A stretch of 248,000 nt of DNA from Wallemia ichthyophaga EXF-994 (taxonomy: Eukaryota; Fungi; Basidiomycota): contig NW_008806285.1 of assembly GCF_000400465.1 (NCBI RefSeq), positions 20,001 to 268,000 of the forward strand. The letters are read 5' to 3'. Under the pieces are notes generated by a model, which saw only the letters and a list, made by a program, of their open reading frames with translations, did no database searches and was not told where the DNA came from. The position numbers were made by a program, and so were the translations under genes. Positions 138,550-153,289 of the stretch are shown here, piece after piece. Positions within the stretch are counted from its first letter, which is position 1. Each line of letters opens with the position of its first letter.

Positions 138550-140061
138550 ATGTCCGAATTCAAAGAGCTTGTGGAATTTCTTAGGAATGATAATCCAACT
138601 ATCAGGCAGATTGCCATACAGCACCTCGCGGGTTTCACGACCAATCAGAAGCAGCTATTCGACAACGACGCCATCTCCCAGGTAAAGCTGTCGTGCAGAG
138701 ATAAGCCTGTAAGTGGGCTGTAGATGCTTAGTCATTGCTCACCAGGCCTATCACGCTCAAGGCTATTGCTCACGACGCTTTCTCCATCCTCGTGAACCTC
138801 TCCGACTCTGTTCTCAGCTCAAATGCCATCGCTACCAAAGAATTCCTCCTTTTCCTTACCAGCTACATCTCCAATCCATCAGCTCTATTAGCTGATCTAG
138901 CCTGTATGCTTCTCTCTAACCTCAGCAAGCTCCCAAATCTCATGCATGCGCTATGCTCTCAGCAAATCCCAATTAGTCTCCACGACGGAAATGTTTCTTA
139001 TATTGCGTCTAAGAGCGATTCTTCAAGCGTACAGATGGATGGTCTTCAAACCACCGTAAAAGCTCTTCCCTGTCTCGTTGAGGCTTTTGTCCAGGGCGCT
139101 AACAAACCCGAGACGGCTGTTGAGAGTGCTGAGGCTGATGCACAGCGTAAATCTAATTGCCACTTCTTAGGCTCCGTATTCGCCAACATCACCACTACTC
139201 AACCTGGCAGAGACTTTTTCACATCTCCTTCACTTTCATTCGACTCCCTTGCCAACCAAAAGTCTGCCAAGGAGTATCCACTTGCCAAGCTCACTGCTTT
139301 CACAGAGCACCCAAGCAATATCAGAAGACACGGTGTAGCTGCTGCTCTCAAGTGAGTTGCTTTGGCTTGATATCATCACCTCACCTCACCCACTTAGGAA
139401 CTCGACTTTCGTTAAGGACGCACACAGGGCACTACTTGCACAAGACTCAGAAATTGTTGGCGAGTGCAACGGCGTTAATATGCTTCCATATGTCCTCTTG
139501 CCCTTGTGTGGTCCTGAAGAATTCGATATCGAGGTGCGTTGTTTCTTGGCATTTCATCTTATTCTCACATTCCACCGCACATAGGAACAAGAGGCTCTGC
139601 CGGAAGTTTGCCAATTACTCCCTCCAACAAAACAGCGCGAAGTGGATCCTAGCATCCGCAAGACACACATTGAGACACTCTTGCTACTCTGCACCACACT
139701 CCACGGAAGGGAGTACCTCAGGAGCAGGAACACTTACGTTGTCATCAAGGCTGCCCATGCCGATGAAAAGGACCAGCAGGTATGCTCGACTTTTTTTTTA
139801 AAAAAAATACTTGGTGCCTAATCAACTATCTACAGGTCACCGATGAAATGATCAAGGTGGGAACGTAGCGTTAATATAGAGCAATCTAACTCGCTGCACA
139901 GCTCGTCAACCTCATCATGAGAGAAGAGGGCCAAGAGTGAGTATGTTCCTCGCTGCGTCATCACCCGCTGACAATTGCGATTGCACAGAACAAAGATACA
140001 GGAGCTCTCAAAAAAAGAATCTGAGCTGATAGACGAGGACATGACAATCGAGGAGGTTTAA
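138550..140061 (+). CDS. HGH1: Hgh1 (eEF2 chaperone)
   Basis: ELVEFL..DNPTIRQIA; FLGSVFANIT; RRHGVAAALKN; LLPLCGPEE. Confidence 0.88.
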
Positions 140062-140132
140062 ACTATTTAAATTCACATGCATATTTATATTTAGAACGCA
140101 AACGTTGGCTTAGTCAAGTACAATCAACTCAT

Positions 140133-143100
140133 ATGTCCAAAACGCCACCGAACATAGCTGTAATACCTAACGAGACGCCGAAAGCGAAAAAGAAGAACCC
140201 CATCAAGGCTATACGCTCTTTTGTGAGCAGGAACAACGCCGTGAAGCCAGAGAGCTTCAGACCACACGCCGACGAGATACCGTTTGCTTCTCTGCGAGTG
140301 CAAGTGCTTAATGCCAAAGATCTCGCAAGCAGAGACCGCAATGGACTGAGTGATCCGTTCATTGATATCAACTACGGCCTACTGCGCTTATCTACACCCT
140401 GCGTCAAGAAAACTGTAAATCCTTCATGGGATTCGAATGACGCGACGTTCGACATTAGTCTTTATAGATCTACAGTAGCAGATATTCTCCAGCTCGAATT
140501 CGTCTTGTGGGATAAGGATACTTTCGGCAAGGACTACCTTGGAGAATGCTGTGTCTATCTCGATGACTGGTTCCCAAAATTATATCCAAATCTCTCTACT
140601 AGAGCTGTTGAGTGGTCTGACCATCAGAATAATGTGCGTCGTCGGCTCTTTTCGGCGAACATTCATCCGTCGCTCCGGGTTTTGCTCTTTTACTAACTAA
140701 TGGCGTAGGTGCGCACCCTCAGTATCGAGTCGGCGAGGAAACACAACAGCGTCAGTGGCGTCCTCAATGTCAGATTCGGTCTCATTCAACACGTCGCATC
140801 CCCCGTTGTCGATTTGGCGAGTGAATTTGAGGATATTCTCGCGAAAGTTCGCAAATCTGTTGATTGCGGTTTATTGTCCGCTCCTCCTGTGGGTATTTTG
140901 GTGGTGTATGTACATGATGATGCTCACCTAAATGCAACACACAGGTCGCTTCAATAGGCACTCGTCTCATCAGCTCCAATTCCCTCTCGCAGCAAGTGAG
141001 CAACGACTCAACGCGCACCGTTGTCGCCTCAGGTTCAGGTAGCGAAGATATCCCATCTTATGCCCTCACCAGATCTACAACTGGAGGGAACGATAGCATC
141101 GGTGACGAGTCGGACACTTTCGACGATTCTGATGTAGATATAACTATATCAGACGTCGAAGGCGATGAAGTGGAAAATGATGCCGAAGAGGTTAGGCACG
141201 CTGACGAGTCAAACGTACCCACACCGACAGTCGGGAAAAGTGAAACAGAATCATTCATAAAGGGGATCGAGTCGAGAAGAAGTGAATCACAACCAGAGCA
141301 CAGAACATCTTCAACCCTCTCCCCGAGAGATATACCACCATTTAGAAAAAAGTCATCCAAGCTTAAACGCATGATAACACCGTTATCATCGAGACAAAAT
141401 AGCAGAGAAAGTATACCACTCGCCATCACACCACAGGGTGATATATCTGAACCTAATCTTTCTTCGCATTCGCCTATGTCTCTCAAATCTAAAAGAAGAA
141501 GGCCGAAGAAAGCGAGATCGAGTAGACCAAAAACTGGCGGGTTCAACTTGTACTCGGAAGATGCTTCCAATGTACTTGGTGTTGTGCTGTTAGAAGTCCG
141601 TCACGGTGAGGATTTGCCGAGAATGAAAAACTTGACTAGAACTGGATGGGATATGGACCCATTCGTCGTCATCAGTTTTGGCAAGAAGATATTTAGGACT
141701 AGGGTTATTCGGCACTCTCTAAACCCTACTTGGGACGAGCAGCTCTATTTCCATGTGCGTAACGGTGAAAGCAAATTTAATGTTGACTTCTCCGTCTTGG
141801 ATTGGGATAAACTCAGTGCGAACGATCATGTCGGAGAAGCTTCACTACCGCTCCAGGAACTAATATACAAAGCACCAAAAGCAGACGCCAGTACTGGATT
141901 GTTCAATACAGATGACTATGACGCGCATGGAATGGAGGATTACAAGCTAGATCTCAAGATAGATGAGAATTGGGAAGAAAAGCACCGACCAAATATACTC
142001 ATCAAAGCCAAATACCTGCCATACGCAGCGCTCAGACAAAGATTTTGGAGATCATACCTCGACCAATACGATACCGATGATACAGGAGCAATTGCACGTG
142101 TGGAGCTGACGATGATGCTTGACTCGCTTGGCTCGACACTCACATCACTCACTATCGACTCTTTCTTCACCAGATGGGACAAGGACCCGCGCAGTGACGA
142201 GCTTAGCTACGACCAGATCATACAGGTACTGGAGAATGAAACAAACAAACCAATTAACGAGAGGAGGTCACTTGATGCAGATGCTGACGAGACTGATGCT
142301 TCGGTGTCACCTGGCCCAACCACTCCAGCAGCATTGACGGCGTGCACTAACAGCAATGAAGCTCCTCTCGAATATACCGGACCTCTCGCGCGCCCGCCAA
142401 ATAACTCTCCTGATACCGTCGAAGAAAATAAGCGGGCATCTAAAGTAAAGAATGAAGGCGCGGGTAATGAGACTGATCCCTTGATTAGTGAAGAAACATC
142501 AAAGCTTAAAATTTCGACTGAATTTATCGACAGTTCAAAACTCTCCCCTCAAGGTGATTTCATGTCTTCGTCGTCGAGTATTTCTGGATACGATGCTAGC
142601 GATTTGGAAGATTCCACCGAGATTGAAAGAGATACTGCGAGCGACTACAGCAAGATGAAGTTAAGGATGGATGAGAGCCAGCACGAGAAAATTATTAACA
142701 TCAAAGTCTGCCCGCTCTGTCATAAGGGTAGATTGAACAGTAAAGCTGAAGTAGATATCGTTACACATCTGGCTATATGCGCGTCGACTGATTGGGGTAG
142801 ATTGAATAGAATAGCTGTGTCAAATTATGTCACGGCTTCTCAAGCTCAAAGGAAGTGGATTAGCAAGATCGCTTCAAAAATATCAACGGGATCTTACAAG
142901 CTAGGAGCTAATTCAGCAAATATACTTGTCCAAGATAGATTGTCAGGCAAGGTTCAAGAAGAGAAAATGCAGATATATGTGAGAATTGGTATTCGAATGC
143001 TTTACAAAGGAGCAAGATCAAAGATGGAAGGTAGTAGAGCTAGAAAATTACTCAAATCCATGTCAATAAAACAAGGTAAAAAGTATGATGACCCAGAATC

Positions 143101-143898
143101 AATTCGAGAGATACCCAACTTTATCCAATTCCATAATCTGCGAATGGACGAAGTGCTTGAGCCAGTCACAGCATTCAAAACATTTAACCAATTCTTTTAT
143201 AGAAAGTTGAAGGCTGATGCGAGGCCAGTAGAGAAACCAGAAGATGGATCGAGGTTGGTTAGTGCAGCTGACTGTAGAATGGTTGTGTTTGATGACTTTG
143301 ATGTTGCAACCAAGGTCTGGATAAAGGGTAGAGGATTTACAGTCGCCAAATTGCTCGGCGAGAAGGTATCTAAGGAGGATTGGTGTGCAGCACTGATTGA
143401 CAAGGAGCAATTGCCAAGTCTGTGTGTGTTCAGACTTGCTCCTCAAGACTATCACCGCTTTCACTCACCTGTTGATGGAGTTATGGGAGAGATTACGACG
143501 ATTGAGGGAGAATACTACACTGTCAACCCACAAGCTGTGAGATCGTCGATTTCTGTCTTTTCTGATAATGTGAGTGATGAAATTGAGTGGTTTAAAGCGG
143601 CTAATCACATACACAGGTACGCGTAATTGTGCCAATTCATACGGAACGCTACGGGACTGTAGTGGCAGTCTGTATCGGAGCCATGATGGTAGGTTCAACG
143701 ATACTGACGAAAAAGGAGGGCGAGAGAGTGAACAGAGGTGAAGAATTTGGATACTTTGCTTTCGGAGGATCGACAATTGTGTGCCTCTTTCCGTCAGGAG
143801 TTGTTTCATGGGATGATGACGTCAAGGAGAACAGCAGCGCAGCTATCGAAACGCTGGTGCGAGTTGGTATGGGTATTGGTTCGTTGAATGAACATTAG
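140133..143898 (+). CDS. PSD2: Type II phosphatidylserine decarboxylase with C2 domains
   Basis: Two C2 domains; FNQFFYRKLK; FRLAPQDYHRFH; FAFGGST. Confidence 0.95.
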
Positions 143899-144119
143899 TT
143901 GTACAATCATTCACAGAGATATTTGAGTGGATTTGAGTGAATGAAAAATGGCACGCAAAATTACAGCGGATGATTGAGTAAAAGGGATGTAAGAAAGTAA
144001 TCGGAGTAATTGAATGTGATTAAATAAACAAAGACTCGTTGACGGAATTTATAAATTTACTTCTTCGTGTCCACTGTAAGCTTCTTGAAACGCAACGTCA
144101 GTGTCTGCAGACGATCTCG

Positions 144120-146084
144120 ATGGCTTTAAATTACCAACAGCTGGGGGAACGTCCGCAGGATATTCAGCAGTTGCAACAAGCCCAAGCTAGACGTTCTCCT
144201 CGTATGGCTGCTGCATTGCTTCAACAGAGGCGAAGTGCCGCTATGGGTCAGCCGACGCCGACTCCGAGTTTGGGGATAAATGCGTTTGAAGGGGGCAATA
144301 ATTCACCTGGCAGCTTCGATTGGAATCCTCAAATTCAATTTGGTACGTCTATTCACTCTTGTTTACTTGAAATTCCGGTGCTGATCTGATAATTTACAAG
144401 ACCCAAATCGCGAGCAGCAAATGCAGCAGCAGCGTCTAGCACAGTATCAACTTCAGCAGCATTTCTTGCAACAGCAGCAAATGCAGCAGCTTCAGAAGCA
144501 GCAGATGGCTCTCCACCAGCACCAGCAACAGCAACAGCATCATTATCAGCAGCAACAACAGCAACAACAGCAACAACAACAGCAGCAGATGCACTTTAAT
144601 AGCATGCAGCAGCAGCGTCCGTCACCTATAATAGGTCACTACCCACAGAGGCCATCGACCAGTGACGGCATGGGCCAATTAAATGACACTCAAGCAAACG
144701 CTGCTATGAATGGTATTGGCGGTATTAATAGCATGAGCGCTGCATCGGATGCACTTAATTTACAGTTGAACGGCAGTCAGCATCCTTCCCCGGCTCATCC
144801 GCCTAAAGCTATTCCTACGCCACAGCCAATGTCTACACCACAGCCCGTCCCAACGCCTCCTCATTCTATAGGCACTCCTCAACCACAGACGCGTCCACAC
144901 TCACTACCTCACCCTCAACTACATCATCCAAACGCTCAGGTACATCCCTACTCAGCTCAGATTCAGGCTTTGCAAGCTGCGCAGGCTGCACAGGTATCTC
145001 AGCATGCCCAGGCTCAACAACAGCAACTCCAGCAACAGCAAATACATCCACAACATCCACATCAACATTCAATACGGCCACCAATGGGAAACATGCCTGA
145101 GGGTATACCGCCGCAATTAGCGTGAGTTCAGAAGTCTGGTGAGCTCAATGGACTGACGTATTCAATCGCAGTAGAATGCCAAACCATTCAGCAGCAGTAG
145201 CAGCAGCAGCAGCAGCCCCACGTGCACACGCTGGTACACTCAGATTGTTACAGTATATCGAACACTTCAGGCGACACATAAGCCTAGTGCATGGAGGGAA
145301 TAACCAGCACAAGGGAATGGGGGAGCAGCTGAGTGCAACGCAATGGCAAAACTTTGTACAGGAGTTCTTTATGCCATCCGCGATGCTCAGACTTAACTTC
145401 AAGAAGCTTGACGGAGGATATATGAATCAGAACCCACAAGATATGAGACAGACACGACATTTCGACCTACCATTTACGACACTACCGAGATATCATGCAG
145501 CATGGTCGCACAGCCAAGTAGCGGGGATAACAATGTCAACACCGGGTGCGCATGAGAGTGTTTATCACACATCGGGACCGACAGCTCAAGGGTTAAGAGG
145601 ACCAAACGGAGAAATTTTGCCCTCTTCAATGACGACAATAGCTACACACCTCGTACAAGCACCACGAGCGATGGTGTTGTACACATTCTCTAATGGAACA
145701 TCAATTAGAATGATAGGACACTTGCGAGCTGCGCTGACGGCATCATTACCACCACAAAACGGAGGCGGTCAACACGCACTAAAGTTTGAAACGCTAGAAT
145801 TTGACGTAGAAGCGTGCATAGAATCATTAGACAGATCGGCAATACAGTACAGAGCTGGAGATGATATACCGAAGCTGCCGGAGTGCGTGGTGAACGACTA
145901 CGGGCTTCCAGTGAGCGTGATGAAGTGCTTGGAAATCGTAGAATCTGTGGTGCAGATGCAAGATGTAATGAATTTCAGTCTGAGGAATAACTGTGGACCA
146001 GCGGAGGCGTTGAAGGAAATAAACAAAATCAAAGATACCAATTTGAAGAAAAGAAAGCTTGAAGCTGGACAAAGCCCTTTATGA
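144120..146084 (+). CDS. LIM-binding domain transcription regulator (Mfg1/PtaB-like), Gln-rich
   Basis: PolyQ N-terminus; LRLLQYIE; WQNFVQEFF; GLPVSVMKCLEIVE. Confidence 0.8.
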
Positions 146085-146177
146085 GATTATAAATTTTGTA
146101 GTTATAAATTTATATGTTGTATTCCTGCGATACACGCAAACGCTGACGCCGACGATCAACAGCACAATAGACTAAGA

Positions 146178-147959
146178 TGGCGAGCGAGCTTAACCAGGAG
146201 ATTGAATACGTTCCACCACCCTACTATAATGAACAAAACTACGGTATGTTGATAGTACCGCCGTTTCACGCGTTTCCCGTCTCACTCCAACAAAGCATAC
146301 GAATACGATCCGAACGATATAAATATTGGACATTTATCGGTAAATGAGAATGTACAGCGAGCTCATTCACCAGCCTTGAACGGTTATACCAATCCAGACG
146401 CTGCGTCCATGTACTCGCAGAGCTCAGATCCACGTCTATCCCAGGGCGCTTTTCCCGCTTCGTTTAACCCCATGTTCGTAGCTAGGCCACCGGAGCCTGA
146501 GTCTGCTGCCGATGACGGCAGGTCTATAAGGTCTTTCGATACAGCTTCAGTGAATAACCAGTTGCCCGTCGCGAACGCACCAATGGTGCCAAACTTTTAT
146601 GCAGGTGCTGCGCCTCAAATGATGCCTTACAGCGGCTATCCTCCCTTTTATTCAAATCCTGATAATGTTTATACCTCCCCTCATCCGCAGATGTACTCGT
146701 CGATACCACCTGGATACAACATTCCTCCCCCGCCACCAATGCAGACTAGCCAGAACAGGTCAAAGACGTCGTTGAGCAGTCTAAGGACTCCTACGCTACC
146801 TACGAGGCAGCCAAAAACTCAAGTTAAGAATGAAATGCCTTACAATCGGGCCTTTGTCGATGATTACAGGACTAGAGTTAAGGGCGATCCTGATCCAGAG
146901 GCTCAGTTTGCTTATGCGAGATATTTAATTACTGCTGCTAAAAAGATTTACACGGACGAATCTCCAGCAAACCCCAAATCTGCTCATAAATACAGAGACT
147001 CGTTACTCGCAGAGTCCATCAAGGTTACAAAAAAACTAGCGACTCAACTAAAGCCAGGTTATGTCGAGGCTCAGTTCTTTCTTGCAAATTGCTTGGGTTC
147101 GGGGTCTTTAGGTTTGCAGACAGATCAGCAGAAGGCATATGATCTATATATAACTGCCGCCAAGAGGAACCACGGACCATCGACATACAGAGCTGCTGTG
147201 TGTAATGAACTAGGTGTTGGTACTAAGAAGGATGTAGCAAGGAGCTGTGAACTATACAGAAAAGCTGCGACTCTGGGTGAGACTGCCGCAATGTACAAAA
147301 TCGGTGTTATACTACTTAATGGGTTGTTGGGAGTGAATAGGAATGCAAAGGATGCTATTATTTGGTTCAACAGGGCTGCTCAGCAGGCTGACGAGGAAAA
147401 CCCACACGCCTTGCATGAATTAGCTTTGTTATATGAACATCCAGTTGCTGGTGCTTTGGTGCAAGATGATAATGTGGCATTTGATCTGTTCAGTCAAGCT
147501 GCACAGTATGGCTATGCACCAAGTCAGTTCAAGCTGGGTACTGCGTATGAGTACGGTAACTTGACATGCCCCGTTGATCCAAGAAGGTCGATTGCGTGGT
147601 ACACACGCGCTGCTGAAAAGGGCCATTCTGAAGCGGAGCTCGCGCTATCTGGTTGGTATTTGACGGGCTCTGAGGGTGTTCTCAAACAATCGGATGCTGA
147701 AGCTTTCCTTTGGGCCAGAAGAGCAGCCAATCAAGGACAAGCTAAGGCTGAGTATGCTGTTGGATACTACTCTGAAGTTGGCATTGGAGTGAAGCAGGAC
147801 TTAGAGTTGGCTAAGAAGTGGTACTTGAGAGCTTCACAGAAAGGCAATCAAAGAGCGTCACAAAGAATAGCTGAACTGAAGAGATTAGGAAATCAACGCA
147901 AAAATGGTAATAGACCTACACGCCAGCAAGCTAGAGATGAAGGATGCATAATAACGTAA
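146178..147959 (+). CDS. SKT5: Sel1-repeat chitin synthase activator (Chs4/Skt5)
   Basis: EAQFAYARYL; SEL1 repeats; LSGWYLTG; CAAX ending CIIT. Confidence 0.85.
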
Positions 147960-148144
147960 TACAAGTTTCTTTACAATCATCGCAATACAAGTACAAGTAC
148001 ATTCAACATTAATACTCACATAGTCACTACATGACTTCATCACAATCATCATAGTCATTATTAAGCTAAGCTCAGCTCAGCTGCTCGTCATTCGTTTTTG
148101 CTTCTTGGATAACATTTCTCATAGAGTGTTTGTACAACTATAAG

Positions 148145-148815
148145 TCATTCATAAAAGATGTTCAAACCTTCTCAGCAGCCCAGACGCCAAACTTGCAAGC
148201 AGAACCTATAGCAGCGCTGAGGAGGGCGTGTGCTGGAGCCTGCTGTGCGCCGTGGTCAACGGCGGTGTCTAGGTGTTCGAGCTCATCATCTCTGAACTGC
148301 TCACACGTCTCCCTAAGCTTGACAAGATCTGGATGGAGATGCTCGAACTTTTTGAGCTGAATAATTTGACTGTGCGAGTGATTATGAGTTGTGATATCAT
148401 CGACTGGCAGGCACACTCACTCATCATAGTGCTCACCGATAACAGTCTCAACAGCCTCCGTGCAAGCCATAGCAGACTCCTTTCCCATGGCCGTTGTAGA
148501 CGCGCCCATAAACCAACCAGCAGCAACCCAAACAGGTGACAACATGGTCGGCCGCACCTGGAAATTCTCGAGAAGCTGGTTGAATGTTTTCAAGTGATGT
148601 TTCTCCTGATCCCACATGTTTTGTACTAGCTCAATTTCGCCTGCTCGCTCTACGCCGCCCTTCTTGGTGGCGTACATCTGCCCTGCATAGATCCAATTCG
148701 CACCGAGCTCGCCAGCGTGGTCGACGCGTATCAATCTGTCTATAACGTCTCTTTGAGAGGCAGATAAATTAATATTTTTGTACGTATTCAATAGCCTCAG
148801 CGAGCTTCTTAGCAT
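148145..148815 (-). CDS. COQ7: Demethoxyubiquinone hydroxylase
   Basis: IRVDHAGELGA, MACTEAVETVIGEHY, FRDDELEH. Confidence 0.96.
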
Positions 148816-148827
148816 TGTGCAGTGAGG

Positions 148828-149940
148828 ATGGTACGGAAGAGAGACTCGATAAAGAATAAAGTGAAGGAAGTTTTTAGCCCGTCTCCAACGCAAGAGCCAG
148901 TGGAGCACGCTGTAGACGACTCGCTCGAAGATGACTTATTTGCACAGCTCGATGCGAAGGAAGCTGAGCAGACATCGAATACGCCTTCTAAGACGCCTTC
149001 TCAGACGCACTCGATGAGGGAAGTTGAGGCTGAGGCTGAGGCTGAGCAGAAGAAGTCCCGCAAAGCCAGACGTGAAGTGGGTTTTTATGGCGTAACGAGC
149101 CATACAAACTGACTCTAGTTAAGGAGAAGCGTCTACTTGAAGAGGAATCTATTAGGCAGGCTGCTTTCGCAGAAGCTAACCTCCCTGAGAATGAGAAATT
149201 GGCTAAGGAAGCTACCGAGGAGGAGAAAATTATCATCGATATCTGCAACAAACACGCTCGGAAGATGCACGAAATCTCACCAGATGGTCACTGTCTCTAT
149301 GCCGCTATCGCTGATCAGGTCACCTGCGATAGTTTGCTCGAGTATTCTCCGCAGTTTCAGGTGGGCGTGGTGTTGATGTTGTTGGAACACTGTCTGACAT
149401 ACACATACAGGCTACTTACCAGGATATGAGGAGTACAGCCGCAAATTACCTCAGAGAACACGCAGATGACTTTATGCCTTTCCTTACAACTGCTAATCTT
149501 ACACCCGCTGATGGAGCTGACTCAGATGGTCATGAGGCTGAAGGTACACCGATGGATATTGCGCAGTTTAACAAGTATTGCGAGATTGTAGAGAATACCG
149601 GTGAATGGGGTGGTCATATTGAGGTTCGTTGCCTTGTCTTCTCACCAGTATATTCGCAACTTACAAAATTTGCAAAGCTACTCGCTATCAGTAGAGCTAT
149701 CAACAAACCTATACACGTCGTACAGCGGTCACATCACAATGTCATCCTCATCGGTGGTCGTGAGGGTGAATTCGAGCACAATCCAGAAGGCGTAGATGGT
149801 ATTTGGCTGAGTTTCCACACGCGTATGTATGGATTAGGAGAGGTGGGTAAAGCCTGTTTGATATGTGCCTGCTAACGTCAATGTGCCCGTCATGCAGCAT
149901 TACAACTCGTTGAGAAGGAAAGAAGACACAACGTCTTAGC
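148828..149940 (+). CDS. OTU2: OTU-domain deubiquitinase (Otu2/OTUD6B-like)
   Basis: PDGHCLYAAI; WGGHIE; YGLGEHYNSL. Confidence 0.88.
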
Positions 149941-149999
149941 TCGCAGCAGTATTGCTGTAAGATGCGGCTAATTGGCAATCGCTAATCGCCAACATTAGC

Positions 150000-152409
150000 G
150001 GAATGAGAATGATACTTGTAAATAGCCTCGATAAACGACATCGTGTACTCAAGCTGTCCTGGATTTACCACAATTCAGGCATACGGATCGTAAGCACTGT
150101 GTGTTTTGCTAGCAGATATTTCGCTCGCCCGCTATCTCCTCCCATCTCCCTTGCACCAGTTCTGCCACCATCATCGGCAACGAATAGCGATGAAGAGAAA
150201 TATCCCGAACGAGCAGTACGGATATCAGCGCAAGTGGGTTACCTGTGTTGCAGACGTCGTGTGCACTGGCTGATAAACTACATTCGCAGACATCCGCGCT
150301 ACGCTTCCCAGGATCAGCATGGAAGGCGAGTAGATATGGTGACGACAGCAGATAGAACTGACGTAGACCGTGCAGTGGCTTCACAGAAGGCTACTCGCAC
150401 CAATCACCGCCAGCTGCAAGGCCACAAGAAGGCTACCGTAGTCCTGATCATACCATGTATAAAAGACATAAAGCCAGTCAGAATCACAAGGACAATTATA
150501 GATGGCAGAAAGACTACGAGGATTACCATCGTAGCGGCAGAAACATTGACTATGGCAAAAGCTATGGCAAGAACCACAGCAGCTATAGCAACAGGTATAA
150601 CGGAAACAACATGAATGATCAGAAGAATCTTAACGACTATGCTAACGCCATGAATCCTAACAATAAGTACAACCCGAGTAGCCCGAGGAAAAACCAATCT
150701 AAGAATAAGACTAAAAAGAAGAAGCCCAATAATAACAACAGCAACAACATACCACCGCAGAGTCGAAACTTAACGCCCAGCAGTCACATTGATAGACCAG
150801 ACTTTGAGCACAGGAGCATGCAGCCATTTGATGGCGATCCAATCGATAGGCACATCGATAATGTGATGCGAGGGGCTGGTGGAGGTGATAGAAGGTCCTC
150901 CTACGGCTCTTTTTCTCATTCAAAGTACTCTCACAATGGACCCCAGCCTTCGACAAGCAGGGAAATTTTACACCCTCCAACCAAGGGGACAGTGATAGAA
151001 GGAGGTAAGCATAATGACATCTTTGAATTCCGCTCTGATCGCTTCTGCAGCTAGAAATCGTTGGGTAGAGAATCAGCTCAAAGCCCAAGCTCAAACGCAG
151101 TCAGAAACACACCAGCAACCTCCCTCATCAAAGCCTCTATATCCAATACCGCCACCGCCATTGCCAAGTAAGCCACCTCCACCGCCAAAAGCTAGAAATC
151201 TGTCTCCGAAGAATCTTCCCTCTCCCAAGGAAGAAGACGTAGGCCCTATAGTACTTGGCTGGCATAATTTACCACGCTTCGACTTAAAGGAAGTCGATGA
151301 AAGCGCGTTCCAAGTGCCTGATAACATCACTGACTTCTACGACCGTCTGTGCCAAGTCGGTGAAGGCACGTACGGCAAGGTGTACAAAGCGAGGAACAAG
151401 GTGTCGAAGCTACACGTAGCTCTTAAAAGAATCAGGATGGAACAGGAGAGGGACGGTTTCCCAGTCACTGCTTTGAGAGAAATCAAGCTGCTGCAGCAGT
151501 CACATCATGACAACATTGTTAGGTTGCACGAGATGCTAGTGTCAAATGGTATGTACTGGTTTGACTCTTCTGTCCCGGTTGACGCTCTGCACAGGCTCAG
151601 TCTATATGGTGTTTGAGTACATGGAGAATGACCTCACAGGCTTGCTGCAGCATGGCCCACATCTCTTCCAATTGCAGCACAAAAAGTCGCTCTGCCAGCA
151701 AATGCTGGCTGGCTTGTCTTATCTCCATTACCGGGGAATCTTGCACAGGGACATGAAAGGCTCGAATATCCTGATATCGAACAAAGGTGTACTCAAGTTG
151801 GCCGACTTTGGTCTCGCTAGATTCTTTCACAAGCACCGCAAGGCGGACTACACCAACAGAGTGATAACTATCTGGTACAGGCCGCCTGAATTACTGCTTG
151901 GTGCTACGAGCTATGGTCCGGAAGTCGATATGTGGAGTGCTGGGTGCATAATGCTCGAGATCTACACCACGAAACCCGTCTTCCAAGGTGATAACGAGCT
152001 ACACCAGCTAGAGATTGTATTCAAAATGCTGGGCGCACCATCTCATCAGGACTGGCCAGGGTTTTCCAGCCTCCCGTGGTACGAATTGGTGCGACCAACA
152101 GGCAAGCACTCGTCTGAGCGGTTCAGGGAGACCTTCAAGAGATGGCTGACACCAGCAGGCTTAGAGCTCGCCCAAGCACTGCTGACATTTAATCCGCAGA
152201 AGAGGCTGTCGGCGAAAGATGCTCTGCAGCTGCCATTCTTCAAGTCGGAGGAACCGCTTCCAGAGCTCCCCAGCCATCTCGGCGAACTTCAAGGCGAGTG
152301 GCATGAGTTTGAGGCCAAGAGAGAGAAAGCACAGGCTAGACTGAAAGCTAAAGAGATGGAGAGCAAGGAGGGAACTGAAGGAGAGACAGCTAGAGAAAAT
152401 AGTGCATAG
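150000..152409 (+). CDS. CTK1: CTD kinase Ctk1/CDK12-like (start approximate)
   Basis: GEGTYGKV, GFPVTALRE, HRDMKGSN, YTNRVITIWYRPPE, WHEFE. Confidence 0.9.
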
Positions 152410-152442
152410 TGTTTAAATTATGATGTAAATTACATGAAACGT

Positions 152443-152921
152443 TTATGATACTGTCTTCTTTACTTTGTCGAGCATGGTTTCCATCCTTGCGCCCATTTTT
152501 GGCTGATTGTTGTGGTTTTTCGAGTGCTGGTCTCTCCTTCTCTGGCGATGTGACGGTGCTTCTTTCTTTTGAGGCTGAGTTTGTGGCTGTGGTTGCTTTT
152601 GCTGAGGGTTATCGCTTCGCTTTATCGATCCTTCCGGCTTATCCCTTTCGCTCCTTCTCGCCTTCTTGGGTATCTCAGGCAGCTGTTGGGCTGGTTGGCC
152701 CTCCTTTTTCAGCATGTTGGCATACTCCTTCTTCACTTTGGCTTTCTGAATCAGCTGCTCTTTGATCTTGGAAGCTGTAGGTGGTGTTAGAGTGTCTGGA
152801 TCGTAGAGCTCAATCGCTCTCAACCCACCTTTGCCTGTATACGCTCCCTTGCCTGCCCTTCTGGCTACCGAGAATCCCTTTCTGTCCTGCATTGGTTGGC
152901 CTTTGCTCTTCGTTTCCACCA
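152443..152921 (-). CDS. Fyv7-like rRNA processing protein
   Basis: KIKEQLIQKAKVKKEYANMLKKE; GQPKMGARM-like C-terminus. Confidence 0.6.
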
Positions 152922-153289
152922 TGGCCGCTGCGATAAGAGAAGGCATTTGTCGAATAGTTGCTAGATGTAGCACTGTTGCATTATGTGCTGCCATTATCAT
153001 CGATTTATTCAGCCATTCCCCATCTTTGTTGTTGCCTCTCAGTTGTAAATTGCTGTGTAGTGGATTATTCAAAGACATTCATACACAATTTAAGTCCATT
153101 AATGAGTGCTTTCATATATTAATTGAGCTATTCCTCCCGTTGCACTCAGAAAAAGGTCAAACTGTGACTTGTCTCTACATATCTGATGACTTCAAATATG
153201 TTTATGGGATTACAGGGCAGTTTGAAAAGTTGATTAAGTATTATCGGATACTTAAAACTGTGTAAACCATTCGAAAGAATTGGTTTTGC

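Noticed and set aside
144420-144620. CAG/CAA runs
   Set aside because: Ordinary polyglutamine tract of a transcription regulator.
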